The notes below the pieces were generated by a model that was given only the letters and a program-made list of their open reading frames with translations, searched no databases and was not told the origin of the DNA. Source: an uncultured delta proteobacterium (GTDB taxonomy: Bacteria > Desulfobacterota > BSN033 > UBA1163). From it: a stretch of DNA of 64,000 nt. Numbering within the stretch: position 1 is the stretch's first letter; every line of letters begins with the position of its first letter. Location: the NCBI GenBank assembly GCA_963708295.1, contig CAVPSJ010000017.1:384001-448000 (forward strand), written 5' to 3'. Both the position numbers and the translations under genes were made by a program. This document shows positions 20,719-31,286 of the stretch, in pieces.

Positions 20719-20775
20719 AATCTTCTCCCTTCACGTCTAAGCCGGCGAAGCCGGGGAACCAAACGGGTTTTAGTG

Positions 20776-21060
20776 GTTCGAAAAATTCGAAATTCGAATA
20801 TCGGGATTCGAATATCGGGCGAAGCGTCCGTCTCGGACCAATCCGAAACAAAATCGAATTGTGAAGCTCCTCGCCCACAGGGCGGGGCTTCCCGGTAAAG
20901 AAGTTTCGTTCATATTGTGCCCCTTAACCCCGCCTCCAAGGCGGGGCTTGCGGGGCACATTCCGGCCAAAATTCAAAATGCCTAAACTCTCTCGTTTGGA
21001 ACATTTGAAATTCGGTCATTTGAGATTGTTTCGAGTTTCGGATTTCGTGCTTCGAATTTA
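20776..21060. repeat. Heptamer-rich (TTCGAAA/TTTCGGA) imperfect inverted repeat element with nested insertions
   Basis: Left arm TTCGAAA-type units, right arm complementary units; shares CGAATATCGGGCGAAGCGTC with the inverted copy at 42830-43030. Confidence 0.65.
20861..20967 (-). mobile_element. Non-autonomous IS200/IS605-like miniature element
   Basis: Two GC hairpins (CCTCGCCCACAGGGCGGGG, CCCCGCCTCCAAGGCGGGG); ends in TTCAC on the minus strand; no ORF. Confidence 0.55.
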
Positions 21061-21120
21061 AAGACGCTTGAGCGTGAATAACTTTGTTGCCATTTTGCGC
21101 ACAATCTTATTCGTAAGGGA

Positions 21121-22086
21121 CTACTGCTTCGGCGGCCAGAGGCCGATCTCCTTATAGAACTTGATGGCGCCCGGGTGAAACTCGACCTTAGGGACCGGCA
21201 TGGACATGCGTTGTACTGAAAAGGAGCGGAATCCTGCGAAGGAAGTGACCAGGTCCTCTTTGTTTTGGTAGATCGCCTTGACCACCTTGTAAACGAGGTC
21301 GTCAGAAACCTTCGCGTGTGTGTAAAAAACAGAGTCCTGAGTAGCCACTTTGGTCGGGCCGGTAATCCCTTCCATGGTTGGCCCGGGCTTCACCTCGGAC
21401 ACATACATGGGAGGACTGATCTTTTGCATCCTCGCAACAGCCTCGGGCGAGTCGTCAATGGGGAGCACCCTCAACCCACCCACTTTTGTGCTCACTTCCA
21501 TCACGGCTGCCGAGCCCAACGCGAAGAAAAGGGCATCCGTCTTCCCGTTCCCGAAATCCTCTGCGCCACGGGCCGCATTGGGAACGGGGACCTGCTTAAC
21601 GTCGTCATAGGTCAGCCCGGCATTCGCAAGGTGGGCCTCGATGCTCCGGTGGATGGCTTTCTGAGCATGGTATCCGCTCGGTACCCGCTTGCCTTTAAGA
21701 TCCTTGATAGACCGGATATTGGAATCTTTGCGAACGTGCAAGGCCACCCACATCGGCATGAGCGTGGCCCCCATGCGCACGTTTGGCTTCGGCCCCTGTT
21801 CCTGGTACTCCTCTACCCCCATCACTGCCAGCGACAGATCTGAGGAGTTGGCCAGGCTGAATTCCGCAAGTCCTCCATCAATGGCCCCAAATGACCTGAC
21901 GCCCCCTGGTTGAACGGTGGCCTTCAACCCGAGCTTCTCGACCATGACCTTAGCGATGGCCGAACCCGCGGAGTGGGTGAATGATCCCGGCGGCGTGGTC
22001 ATGATGCCGATGGTCTGTGCGTTGACAGTCCCGGCTACTGTCAGGGCCAGCATGAATGAAGCTAAGAAGCTGATACGTTTCATCAT
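21121..22086 (-). CDS. TAXI family TRAP solute-binding subunit
   Basis: Signal peptide; IKDLKGKRV, FHPGAIKFYKEIG; adjacent to the fused permease. Confidence 0.93.
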   Translation of the reverse strand: MMKRISFLASFMLALTVAGTVNAQTIGIMTTPPGSFTHSAGSAIAKVMVEKLGLKATVQPGGVRSFGAIDGGLAEFSLANSSDLSLAVMGVEEYQEQGPKPNVRMGATLMPMWVALHVRKDSNIRSIKDLKGKRVPSGYHAQKAIHRSIEAHLANAGLTYDDVKQVPVPNAARGAEDFGNGKTDALFFALGSAAVMEVSTKVGGLRVLPIDDSPEAVARMQKISPPMYVSEVKPGPTMEGITGPTKVATQDSVFYTHAKVSDDLVYKVVKAIYQNKEDLVTSFAGFRSFSVQRMSMPVPKVEFHPGAIKFYKEIGLWPPKQ

Positions 22087-22447
22087 CGTTTCCTCCTTTT
22101 CTTGCCCAAAAGTTTTCGGCACTTATGCCGACGCGGACACGGACACCCATGGGCTGTTACGTTCGTGCCCGCCCTGAACGTAATACCATAAGATTCTGAA
22201 TGAATCGGCTTTGCGTGGCACATCGATCATGCCTGGTCGAATGACGACAACTCGGCTTTGTTCGGAGTGAGGATAATATAAGGATCGGAGGAGGTCAAGG
22301 GAAAAACGAAGAACTGGGTCATTCGATCAGAATCTCAAGGGCAGTCAAAAGTCTAAGTAACTCTGGTTTGAAGTGCCAGTACAACGAGCCCGTATCAATA
22401 TTACGACACCCAAAGTCGAAGATCGCTAGGTGGAGGTTCCAAAACAT

Positions 22448-22464
22448 CAGGCATGGATTTTGCT
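22448..22464 (+). promoter_or_regulatory. Sigma54 (-24/-12) promoter candidate
   Basis: CAGGCATGGATTTTGCT: GG-N10-GC. Confidence 0.45.
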
Positions 22465-22542
22465 TGTTTTTGCTCGTGAATAGCAGGAAGAAAGACGGGG
22501 CCACCGGAAGAGCGAGAAGTTTTCAAGGGTCGCTGCGTAAGA

Positions 22543-22582
22543 GTGTTATCGTTAACACAAAGGTTTATGTTAACGGTAACAC
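22543..22582. promoter_or_regulatory. Tandem palindromic operators (LacI-like TGTTA-N4-TAACA)
   Basis: GTGTTATCGTTAACAC (22543) and ATGTTAACGGTAACAC (22567). Confidence 0.55.
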
Positions 22583-22653
22583 CATTTATCCACCTGGCGG
22601 AAATTTATTATTCAATTAATTGAAATCATTGATGAATAAAATAATAATTCATT

Positions 22654-22671
22654 TTGTTAAAAAATTCACTT
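22654..22671. promoter_or_regulatory. Rex-like operator candidate
   Basis: TTGTTAAAAAATTCACTT versus TTGTGAA-N4-TTCACAA. Confidence 0.35.
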
Positions 22672-22744
22672 TTTTGTTGAAATTTTAATTTCAAGAGTCT
22701 ATAATTATGAGCCATATCAGAACTGAGGACGGAAGGAGAAAAAG

Positions 22745-24019
22745 ATGAGTAAAAAAGGCTGGCTTGTCACTTTTTCAGGGATGGGTTTGAATCTGGCTTT
22801 AGGGACCCTCTATGCATGGAGCGTTTTCGGTAAACAGTTTACCGAGGCCATTGACAAGGGAGGATTTGGCTGGAGCAAGACAGCAGCAGCAACGCCTTAC
22901 TCAATTGCAATCGGAGTCTTTGCCCTCATGATGATCCCTGCCGGCCGTCTTCAGGATAAGCTCGGGCCGGGAATCATCGCAACGATCGGAGCAATCCTGA
23001 TGGCGGTTGGCATGATTGTCACCAGTTTTTCCACCCCCGGCAACGCCCTTCCGGCCATCATCGGATTCGGTATTTTGGCCGGCACAGGGATCGGGTTCGG
23101 GTATGCCTCGGCAACCCCAGCGGCCGTGAAATGGTTCCCCCCAGCGAAAAAGGGTTTGATCGCGGGGATCGTCGTCGCTGGCTTTGGACTCGCTTCTGTT
23201 TATGTCGCCCCGGTCAGCCAGTACCTCCTTGGCAGCTATGGTCTAAGCAAATCCTTTCTCATCCTTGGGATTGCGTTCGGGATCGTCACGTTGATCATCA
23301 CCCGATTCATCAAGAACCCCCCTTCGCCTGTCGCTGCCAAACCCAATCCGGCCCAGGCGAATGCAGCTCCTGCCAGCCAGAACGATTACACATGGAAAGA
23401 AATGATGAAAACTCCCACCTTCTACCTCCTTTGGCTCGAATTTACCTGCGGAGCCCTGGCCGGACTGATGATCATCGGCCATCTTGCCAAGATTGTCTCA
23501 GTCCAGTCGAACAATACCATCAAGTTGGGTTTTATATTTGTTGCCCTCCTCGCAGTCTTTAATGCAGGGGGTCGGGTCCTTGCGGGGGCGCTTTCCGACA
23601 AAATTGGTCGAATCAGGACGATCTTCATCGTCAGTGTTGGTCAGGCCATCGTCATGTTCCTCTTCTCAGGGGCTTCAACGATCACAGGATTCGTCGTTGG
23701 CTCCGCCATTATCGGGATTTGCTATGGGTCCTGCCTCTCCCTTTTCCCATCGGCCTGCGGGGACTACTGGGGGATGAAGAATCTTGGAATGAATTACGGG
23801 ATTCTCTTTACGGCCTACGGCATCGGTGGAATCTTCGGGCCCATTCTGGCGGGAAGGATTGCAGATAGCTCAGGCAATTACAGCATGGCTTATACCATTG
23901 CGGCAAGCCTGATGATTTTGGCTGCGGTTCTGACCTTCTTTACGAAGGCTCCTGCAAAAAAAACAGTGCCCGTCGCAGCCGGAGCCAAACTTGCTCCTAC
24001 ACTTCAGGCCGCCGATTAG
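22745..24019 (+). CDS. OFA (oxalate/formate antiporter) family MFS transporter
   Basis: GTLYAWSVF, GRLQDKLGP, KWFPPAKKGL, FNAGGRV..GALSDKIGR, GMNYG. Confidence 0.92.
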   Translation: MSKKGWLVTFSGMGLNLALGTLYAWSVFGKQFTEAIDKGGFGWSKTAAATPYSIAIGVFALMMIPAGRLQDKLGPGIIATIGAILMAVGMIVTSFSTPGNALPAIIGFGILAGTGIGFGYASATPAAVKWFPPAKKGLIAGIVVAGFGLASVYVAPVSQYLLGSYGLSKSFLILGIAFGIVTLIITRFIKNPPSPVAAKPNPAQANAAPASQNDYTWKEMMKTPTFYLLWLEFTCGALAGLMIIGHLAKIVSVQSNNTIKLGFIFVALLAVFNAGGRVLAGALSDKIGRIRTIFIVSVGQAIVMFLFSGASTITGFVVGSAIIGICYGSCLSLFPSACGDYWGMKNLGMNYGILFTAYGIGGIFGPILAGRIADSSGNYSMAYTIAASLMILAAVLTFFTKAPAKKTVPVAAGAKLAPTLQAAD

Positions 24020-24058
24020 TCGTCATAAGAGAGCGGTATCCTACATGATTTCAAATAG

Positions 24059-24083
24059 AAAAGCCCCATTTCGGGGCTTTTTT
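24059..24083 (+). terminator. Rho-independent terminator
   Basis: AAAAGCCCC-ATTTC-GGGGCTTTTTT. Confidence 0.85.
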
Positions 24084-24189
24084 ATTTGGTTTTCGAAGGC
24101 GTTGATTCCTTGACCAGAGTCATTTAGAATGAATTCACGACAGAGAAAGACTTTAAGATTTAACAAACCGCTGAAAAACTATTTTTATC

Positions 24190-24420
24190 GGGCTGCTCAA
24201 AAATGCTCAGATGCAAGGCGCCCGAGATCTTTGTAGGGAACGGTTTCAAACCGTTCCCTACGGCGTGCGCTGCAACAAGCCTGCCCCGTGCTTGACACGG
24301 GGAAGGATGAGGGGTGGCGTCGCGACGAATAAGGAGCGACTTATTGCCACGCTGCCGAGGTGGTGAGGCGGCCGGATAATCCCGCGAACCGCGGGACAGA
24401 TGAGTGTTTTTCAGGAGCCC
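24190..24420. mobile_element. Composite MITE-like element with nested hairpins
   Basis: Imperfect 20-bp terminal inverted repeats (16/20); internal GTAG-type palindrome 24233-24261; hairpins 24280-24302 and 24379-24397. Confidence 0.65.
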
Positions 24421-24449
24421 GATAAGGTCCTCGTGGAAGGAGAATGTCG

Positions 24450-27168
24450 ATGGTAAAAGATCTAAAACGGACGCCGCTCCATTCATGGCACAGGGAACAC
24501 GGCGGGCAGATGGTCGAGTTTGCCGGCTGGGAGATGCCCGTTGCTTATCAACAGGGGATTCTCGAGGAGCATCTGAACACGAGGAAATTCGGCGGGCTGT
24601 TCGATATCTCCCACATGGGACGTTTCTTGATTCGCGGGAGTTGACGCCATTCCGTTTATGCAGCATGTCTTAACAAACAATGTGACGGCCCTTGATCCCG
24701 GCGTGGCCCAGTATACGTTGATTCAGAATGAAGAGGGAGGTGCGATTGACGATGCCTACCTCTACCGACTGGAAGAAGGGGACCCTTCCCTGGAAACAAA
24801 TTATCTCCTTGTTGTGAATGCGGCGAATAGGGAAAAAGACTGGAATTGGTTTCTTGATCATAAGAAGCGATACAAAAATGTGGTCGTGGATGACAAAACG
24901 GATGAAATCGGGATGATCGCCCTCCAGGGTCCTCACGCCAGGAGGGTCTTGGAAAAGATCCTTTTAGAAGACCAACCAAAGCTTCCTGACCCATGGAGAA
25001 ATCGTTTAAAGGTTTGTGAGTTCGAGGGAGAGCAAATCCATATCACGATCTCAAGAACAGGATACACCGGCGAGCCCATCTGTTTCGAATTCTTTTTGCC
25101 GGAGGAGAAGCTAAGGCTCATCTGGGAGAAGATCCTCGACGCCGGAGCGGAAGAGGGGATTGTTCCGGTGGGTTTGGGGGCGAGGGATACCCTGAGGCTG
25201 GAGGCAGGACTTCCTCTTTACGGTCACGAGTTGGGGCTCGATGCACGAGGGAATCGATATCCCGATTTATGCCGTCCCTTCAGCAGCAAGGTTGGCGATG
25301 AGTTTCTCTCCTTTAAAAGGAGAATTCATCGGAAGGGAAATCCTGAGAAGGCAGTTTGAAGAGGTGACGGCAAGAGAGAGTGGAAAACCTTTGCCCCCTA
25401 AGGAAAGACAGTTGGTTCCTAAGAAGGATCTTCCCCATCACCCTGAGCGGTCAGGGAATCGCCAGACAGGGGTACGAAGTTTCTGCGAACGGGGAACCGG
25501 TTGGACACGTGACGAGCGGGACGATGGTTCCCTACTGGGTTTTCTCCGACCGAGGGAATCCTTTCGGAACCCACGGACGAAAAAAGAATGAGATCGATTG
25601 CCCTCGCTTATATCGATTCAGATCTGAAGGAAGGGCAGAAGATCGAAGTTTCCTACCGCGGGAAAAAACTTGAAGGGGTGATCGTGGAAAGACATCTCTC
25701 CGGCGAAGCGCCTCCTTATGCCCGTCCCATTCTGATCCCGAAGAGCCAAGGAAGAGAGAGGTCCCGACAGGGAGCCTGAGAGGATTCGGCGGCGAGGTTG
25801 GTCCGCCGGGTGGTCCGAAAATACCCGCTGGAGACAGAAAGAGACGATTCAACCTCATCCCTTCGGAATCGACCCCTTCTCTTCTCGTCAGACTTCTTAC
25901 GATTTCCGATCCATCGGGCACGATATGCGGAACACCGGTTGATGAAAGCCTTTAGAGAAAGCGACGTCTTCTATTATCAGGGGACAAAGCTCATCGGAGA
26001 GGTTGAGGTCCTCGCTCGCAGATGAGCTTCGACGTTTCATCGGATGCTCAGAAGTGGAGACGAGGGTGATCAGTGGTCAGATGGCCAATACGGCCGTCTT
26101 CAGCGGGATTGTGGATTACCTCAATCGCTTGGACCGGAGAAGCGAACCCCGCAGGATCAGAAAGGTGATGAACCACCATCTGGGAAGGGGAGGCCATCTC
26201 AGCGCCCAACCCATGGGCGCCTTGAAAGACTTCGTCGCCCATGATCCCTCCACCGAAAGGCCGGCCACCATTCCCTTTCCGGTATTGAAAGAAGATTCGT
26301 ATCGGATCGATCTTCGAAAAGCGAAAGAACTGATCGGAGAGCATAAGCCCGAATTGATTGTCCTCGGCAAGAGCATGGTGATCTATAAAGAGCCGGTGAG
26401 AGAGATTGCTGAAATGATCTCCTCCATGAATCCCAAACCGATCCTCCTTTATGATATGGCCCATGTTCTGGGACTCATCGGACCCTGATTTTCAGGAACC
26501 CTTCAAGGAAGGAGCCGACATCGTCACGGGCTCTACTCACAAGACCTTTTTTGGACCACAGAGAGGGTTGATTGCAAGCAACATGTCAGAGGGAACGGAA
26601 TTTGAAGAACTCTGGGAGGCGATTGTCCGCCGGGTCTTTCCCGGAAGCGTGAGCAACCATCACCTGGGAACATTGGTGGGCCTCTTGCTTGCTGCCTACG
26701 AGATGAATGCCTTCAAATCGGATTATCAGAAAGCGGTGATCTCCAATGCCAAGGCCTTTGCCCGTGCCCTGAAAGATCAGGGAATCATGGTGGAGGGAGA
26801 TCCAAGAGTCGGGTACACAGAGACCCATCAGGTGATCGTCAGGGTGGGCTATGGAAAGGGGCCGTGAGGTCGCTGAACGGTTGGAGGAGAATAACATCAT
26901 CGTGAACTATCAGAGTGCCCCCGACGACGAAGCCTTTACGACGGCAAGCTGTCTGAGGATGGGCGTTCAGGAGATGACCCGATTCGGGATGAAAGCGGAA
27001 GACTTTGTTCAGTTAGCGGAAATGATGGGCCAGGTCATCCTGAAAGGCCGCCCCATGGCCAAAGAGGTGTCTCAATTCAGAAAAAAATTCACAGAGATGA
27101 AATATTGTTTGCCCGAGGCGGAGGCTCGCTCCCTGGTTGAAGAACTCCTGGAAGTTATTCGGCAATAA
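24450..27168 (+). CDS. gcvT/glyA: GcvT aminomethyltransferase - serine hydroxymethyltransferase fusion (many frameshifts)
   Basis: GcvT motifs LKRTPLH, FAGWEMP, FDISHMG, ALQGP, SRTGYTGE, GLGARDTLRLEAGLPLYGHE; then SHMT motifs NLIPSE, YYQG, GGHLS, DMAHVLGL, GSTHKTFFGPQRG; no separate start seen between them. Confidence 0.85.
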
Positions 27169-27180
27169 AAGTAAATAAAC
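27121..27180 (+). repeat. 60-bp direct repeat, left copy (SHMT 3' end)
   Basis: 51/60 identical to 34809-34868 by manual alignment. Confidence 0.85.
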
Positions 27181-27563
27181 AGAGTAGTCAATCCAACTTC
27201 TGATAGCCCACACCAAGGAAAAGCTTGAGACTGAATCGGGTCAGCTTCGCTGTGACTCCCTGCGAAGCCTTTATCCCGCAGCGATGACCCTCTAAGGAGA
27301 TATCATCGCCGTTAGTCATACCAGGCTGACTTTTGCAAAGATCTTATGGATTAGCTGAGATCACTGAGAAAGGAGTAAACGCTTCATTTTGATATGCTTA
27401 CGGAGCAAGAATGGGACGGCAAGTTTCGTAAGAAGGATGCGGCCTTGAATATTGAATATAGAGCAAGCCAATGGATTGGCTAGTCACTTTCTCTTCAAAG
27501 GCTTCCTTAAATCAAAATTGGTTATTTTGGATGTACAGGCGACTGCGACACCCTTTGTTGGAT

Positions 27564-27724
27564 TAACCCGCGCTTCGGCATCCTCGAAGACACTTCTTGT
27601 GTTCTCCCTGCCAAAAATCTCTTAATCCTCTTTCCACAACTTCTCCTAAAAAGAAACCGACAAATGCCCCGAGAACGACGGCCCCAACATAACCCCAGCT
27701 GAAGTTGATTCCTATGTCCCCCAT
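27564..27724 (-). CDS. Possible small membrane protein (one frameshift)
   Basis: G-rich SD; MGDIGINFSW / VYVGAVVLGAFVGFFLGEVVERG.. Confidence 0.35.
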
Positions 27725-27811
27725 CTTCGTTCACCCCCCTCCCCCTGGAATGAAAGAGAAGAAAAAATGTCACAAAAGGCTTCCTAAGCTTGAGAAGGCC
27801 TGATTTAACAT

Positions 27812-30549
27812 CTAACTAACTAATGGTTCGGCAGACACCGCAAATGCCCTTCGTGTTGAAACCATCCTTCTCCTTAAAATCGCCTTGATCACCTCCATGG
27901 AGATAAATACGACCACCCCAAAGGCCAATATGATCCCGAGACTCTTAGACGAAGGCTTATTTATTCCAAAGGCTTCACGAACAGAGGGAAACTGGATCAA
28001 TACGAAAATCAATAAAACTTCCCACACAAGGGCCATGACAAGCCATTTGTGGGGTGGAACCTTGAAGATGCTGTATCGCATGGAACGGAAGTTTAGGGCG
28101 ATAATAAGCTCAATGATTATAAACAGGAAGAACATTTCCGTCCTTGCCTCTGTGATATCAGTGAGTTTGTGGTAGAAGAGAATGAAGAAGAAGGGAATTT
28201 CAATCAATAATGCCAGCCAGATAAACGCTCTCACATCCCAGGAAAAGACACTTTCCTTGGGATCTCTCGGTGGTCTCTGCATGATATCAGGGTCAGGGGG
28301 CGCTAGACCTAAGGCGAGGGCAGGGAGTCCATCCGTCGCAAGATTCATATACAGTATGGCTGCCGGCAGAAGAGGCAGATACTCAGGGCCTGAAATTAGA
28401 ACCACCCCACCGATAACGACCACTTCGGTGATATTACATCGCAGGAGATAGGTGAGATACTTCTTGATATTGTCGTAGATCCATCGACCGCGCTCGATGG
28501 CTTTCACAATGGTGGCAAAGTTGTCGTCACTGAGCACCATATCCGCTGCCTCTTTTGACACCTCTGTTCCGGTGATGCCCATGGCCACCCCGATATCCGC
28601 ATGTTTCAGGGCAGGTGCATCATTGACCCCATCGCCTGTCATGGCCACGACCTCACCCCTATTCTTCCATGCCTTAACGATCTTGAGCTTATCCATGGGG
28701 GATACCCTTGCATAGACCGTAACCTTGTGGACAATCTTCTCAAGCTCTTCCTCCGTCATCTTCTCCAGATCCTCACCAACCAGTACGATATCTCCCTCCC
28801 GATAGATCCCCATCTCCTTGGCAATGGCTACGGCGGTAAGCTTATGGTCCCCCGTGATCATGACGGGCCTAATGTGAATCTGCTTACATACGTTGATGGC
28901 TTCAATGGCTTCTCCTCTCGGCGGATCGATCATGCCTACAAGACCCACAAAGACCATATCCCGTTCAAGGCATTCTTCCGCACATTCAATGGGTGCGGGG
29001 AAGTCTCTAAAGGCAAACCCAAGGACCCTCAGTGCGGCTTGGGCCATCTCTTCGTTCACTTTTAAGATCCTGCTTTTTTCCGTCTCATTCAGTTCCCGAA
29101 TCCCGCCTTCTTCCAAGATATGAGTGCATCTCTGCAAGACCGCTTCTGGAGCCCCTTTCATAAATGCCATTCGCTTTCCATCCGCCATTTGATGGATTGT
29201 TGTCATTCTTTTCCTCTCAGAGCTGAAAGGGATCTCTTCCACTCTCGCGTTTTCAAGCTTTACCTCTGTCTCATGCAATCCTGCCTTCACGGCAGCCACA
29301 ACGAGGGCGCCTTCCGTAGGATCACCCTTGACCAGCCACTTGCCCTCGGTCTTTTCAAGCGCGGAATCATTGCAGAGAAGACCTCCTAAAAGAAGTTTGC
29401 GTATCGGTTCACTCTCGCCCACATTAATTTTACCCGACCCCCTGAACTCTCCAACAGGTTCATAACCAGCGCCCGTCACCTCAATCATTCTTCCGCCGGC
29501 AAAAATTTTTCTCACCGTCATCTCACCCTTCGTAAGGGTGCCGGTCTTATCCGAGCAGATCACGGTGGTACAGCCTAAGGTTTCCACCGCGGGCATCTTT
29601 CTGATCAGTGCATTTCTTTTAGCCATCTGATGCATGCCGATGGCGAGAGCGCCTGTGACAATGGCTGCTAATGCCTCAGGGACTGCAGCTACGGCAAGAG
29701 CGATTGCAAACATCACCATGGTGACGATAAATGGCAAATCAATCTTCCCACCTAAAGCCTCCCTGACGATGCTTATTCCTGCAACGAAGAAACATATAGA
29801 AAGAGCCGTGATTCCGAGCCATTTGCCTATTTCTTCTGTCCTTTTTTCGAGAGGAGTCTTCTCAGTTTCTACTGCGGTTACCTCCTCAGCAATCTTGCCG
29901 AACTCGGTGTTCATCCCTGTGGATGTGATAACGGCCTTAGCTCGGCCGTAGGTAACGGTTGTCCCGGTCAAGACCATGTTCTTTCTGTCACTGACACGCA
30001 CGTCCTCGGGTAAGGGTTTCACATCCTTCCCTACGGGCACGGACTCCCCGGTGAGCGGCGCCTCATCGCATCGAAGAGAAAAGTTTTCAACGATTCTGGC
30101 ATCTGCAGGAATCTTATCCCCTGCTTCCAGAAGCAATACATCTCCTGGTACAAGTTCTTTCGTAGGAACTTCTTCCTCTTTTCCTCCTCTCAAAACGGTG
30201 ATCGTGGGAGAAAGCATTTTCTTAAGTGCCTCTAGGGCACGCTCTGCACGATACTCCTGAATTAATCCAAGAACTGCACAGAAGACGACGATGACCCCGA
30301 TGATGGCAGCATCACAATTTCCCCAACAGCCGCTGAAAGGCCTATCGCAATGAGGAGGATGATGATCAGTATGTTTTTGAACTGATTAATGAAGATGGAG
30401 AAGGCTGAAATCTTTTCTTCCTTTTTGAGTTCATTGTAGCCATACTTTTCAAGTCGAGTTCGAACCTCTTCTACGGTTAAACCCTGACGAGGATCTGTAT
30501 TCAGTTCCTTTAAGACCTGATCTGTTTCCATTGAATGCCAGTTTGACAT
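27812..30549 (-). CDS. Type II cation-transporting P-type ATPase (frameshifts near 30260-30315)
   Basis: TGES, PEAL, CSDKTGT, KGAPE, TGD, MTGDGVNDAPAL; N-terminus in ORF 30262-30549. Confidence 0.95.
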
Positions 30550-30987
30550 ACCTAAGATCCCCTTTCCTCTGATGGAATAAATAATCTCTATAGGTGGCGA
30601 AGACTTTTTGAGAAAATTGTTTCTCTAACCTATTTCTTGGAACCTAAACTAGGTGCTTCAAAAGTTGTAAGCCATTTCCTAATGTTCGAAAATTTCAACC
30701 GATTGTTTATAGTTATTCTTGTTCTCTTCAATCGAAAGCAGAGAAGAAAGAACATAATCCGTCCTTCGAAAAGAAAGACATAAATTGACCTTGGTATCTT
30801 CAGCATGCTATCTTTCTCTCCAAGGCAAGATGGCAATGACATACTTTCTATTTGCAAAGATAGAGACCGTTAGAAATCTTCGCTTGAAACGCCAAACCGA
30901 CTGAATTTATTATTGGTTTGAGATTTTTACTAGGCTGATCTTGCTTTTGCACAAAAATCACCCTTTGTAACTTTGCTACTAAGAAAC

Positions 30988-31004
30988 TGCGAATTTAATG
31001 CCGA
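30988..31004 (-). promoter_or_regulatory. Sigma54 promoter candidate upstream of the P-type ATPase
   Basis: Minus strand TCGGCATTAAATTCGCA (GG-N10-GC); adjacent enhancer-binding protein gene. Confidence 0.4.
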
Positions 31005-31286
31005 CCAGCAAGTTCTGGGCAAAAAAAACAACCCATTGATTTCATTGAGTAGTTTTTGCAGCTTCTAATTTGGGAAAGACGATTTGTTCCCTCGTTGTTC
31101 AGGTAATAAATGCTTAAATAACGGATGAGAAGATAAGTTAACTAATTTAGTAGGTTGAGATGTGACCAAGGATTGAACAGGAATGGTGACTTATCAGCAG
31201 AAATTTTTTCAGATTTGAGATAATAAGCACTGCAAGCATACAGTCCACGTGGCCGGAATAACTCCGATGGGGATCAAGACAGGTAC

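Noticed and set aside
24642-24644. In-frame TGA in gcvT as selenocysteine or readthrough
   Set aside because: The protein continues in another frame (GVDAIPFMQHVLTNNV), so a single indel explains it
24160-24673. ORFs 24160-24666 and 24404-24673
   Set aside because: Shadow frames over the MITE and the gcvT 5' end
27181-27520. ncRNA or integrase remnant at the left edge of the repeat-flanked block
   Set aside because: No recognisable RNA motif or protein similarity by eye
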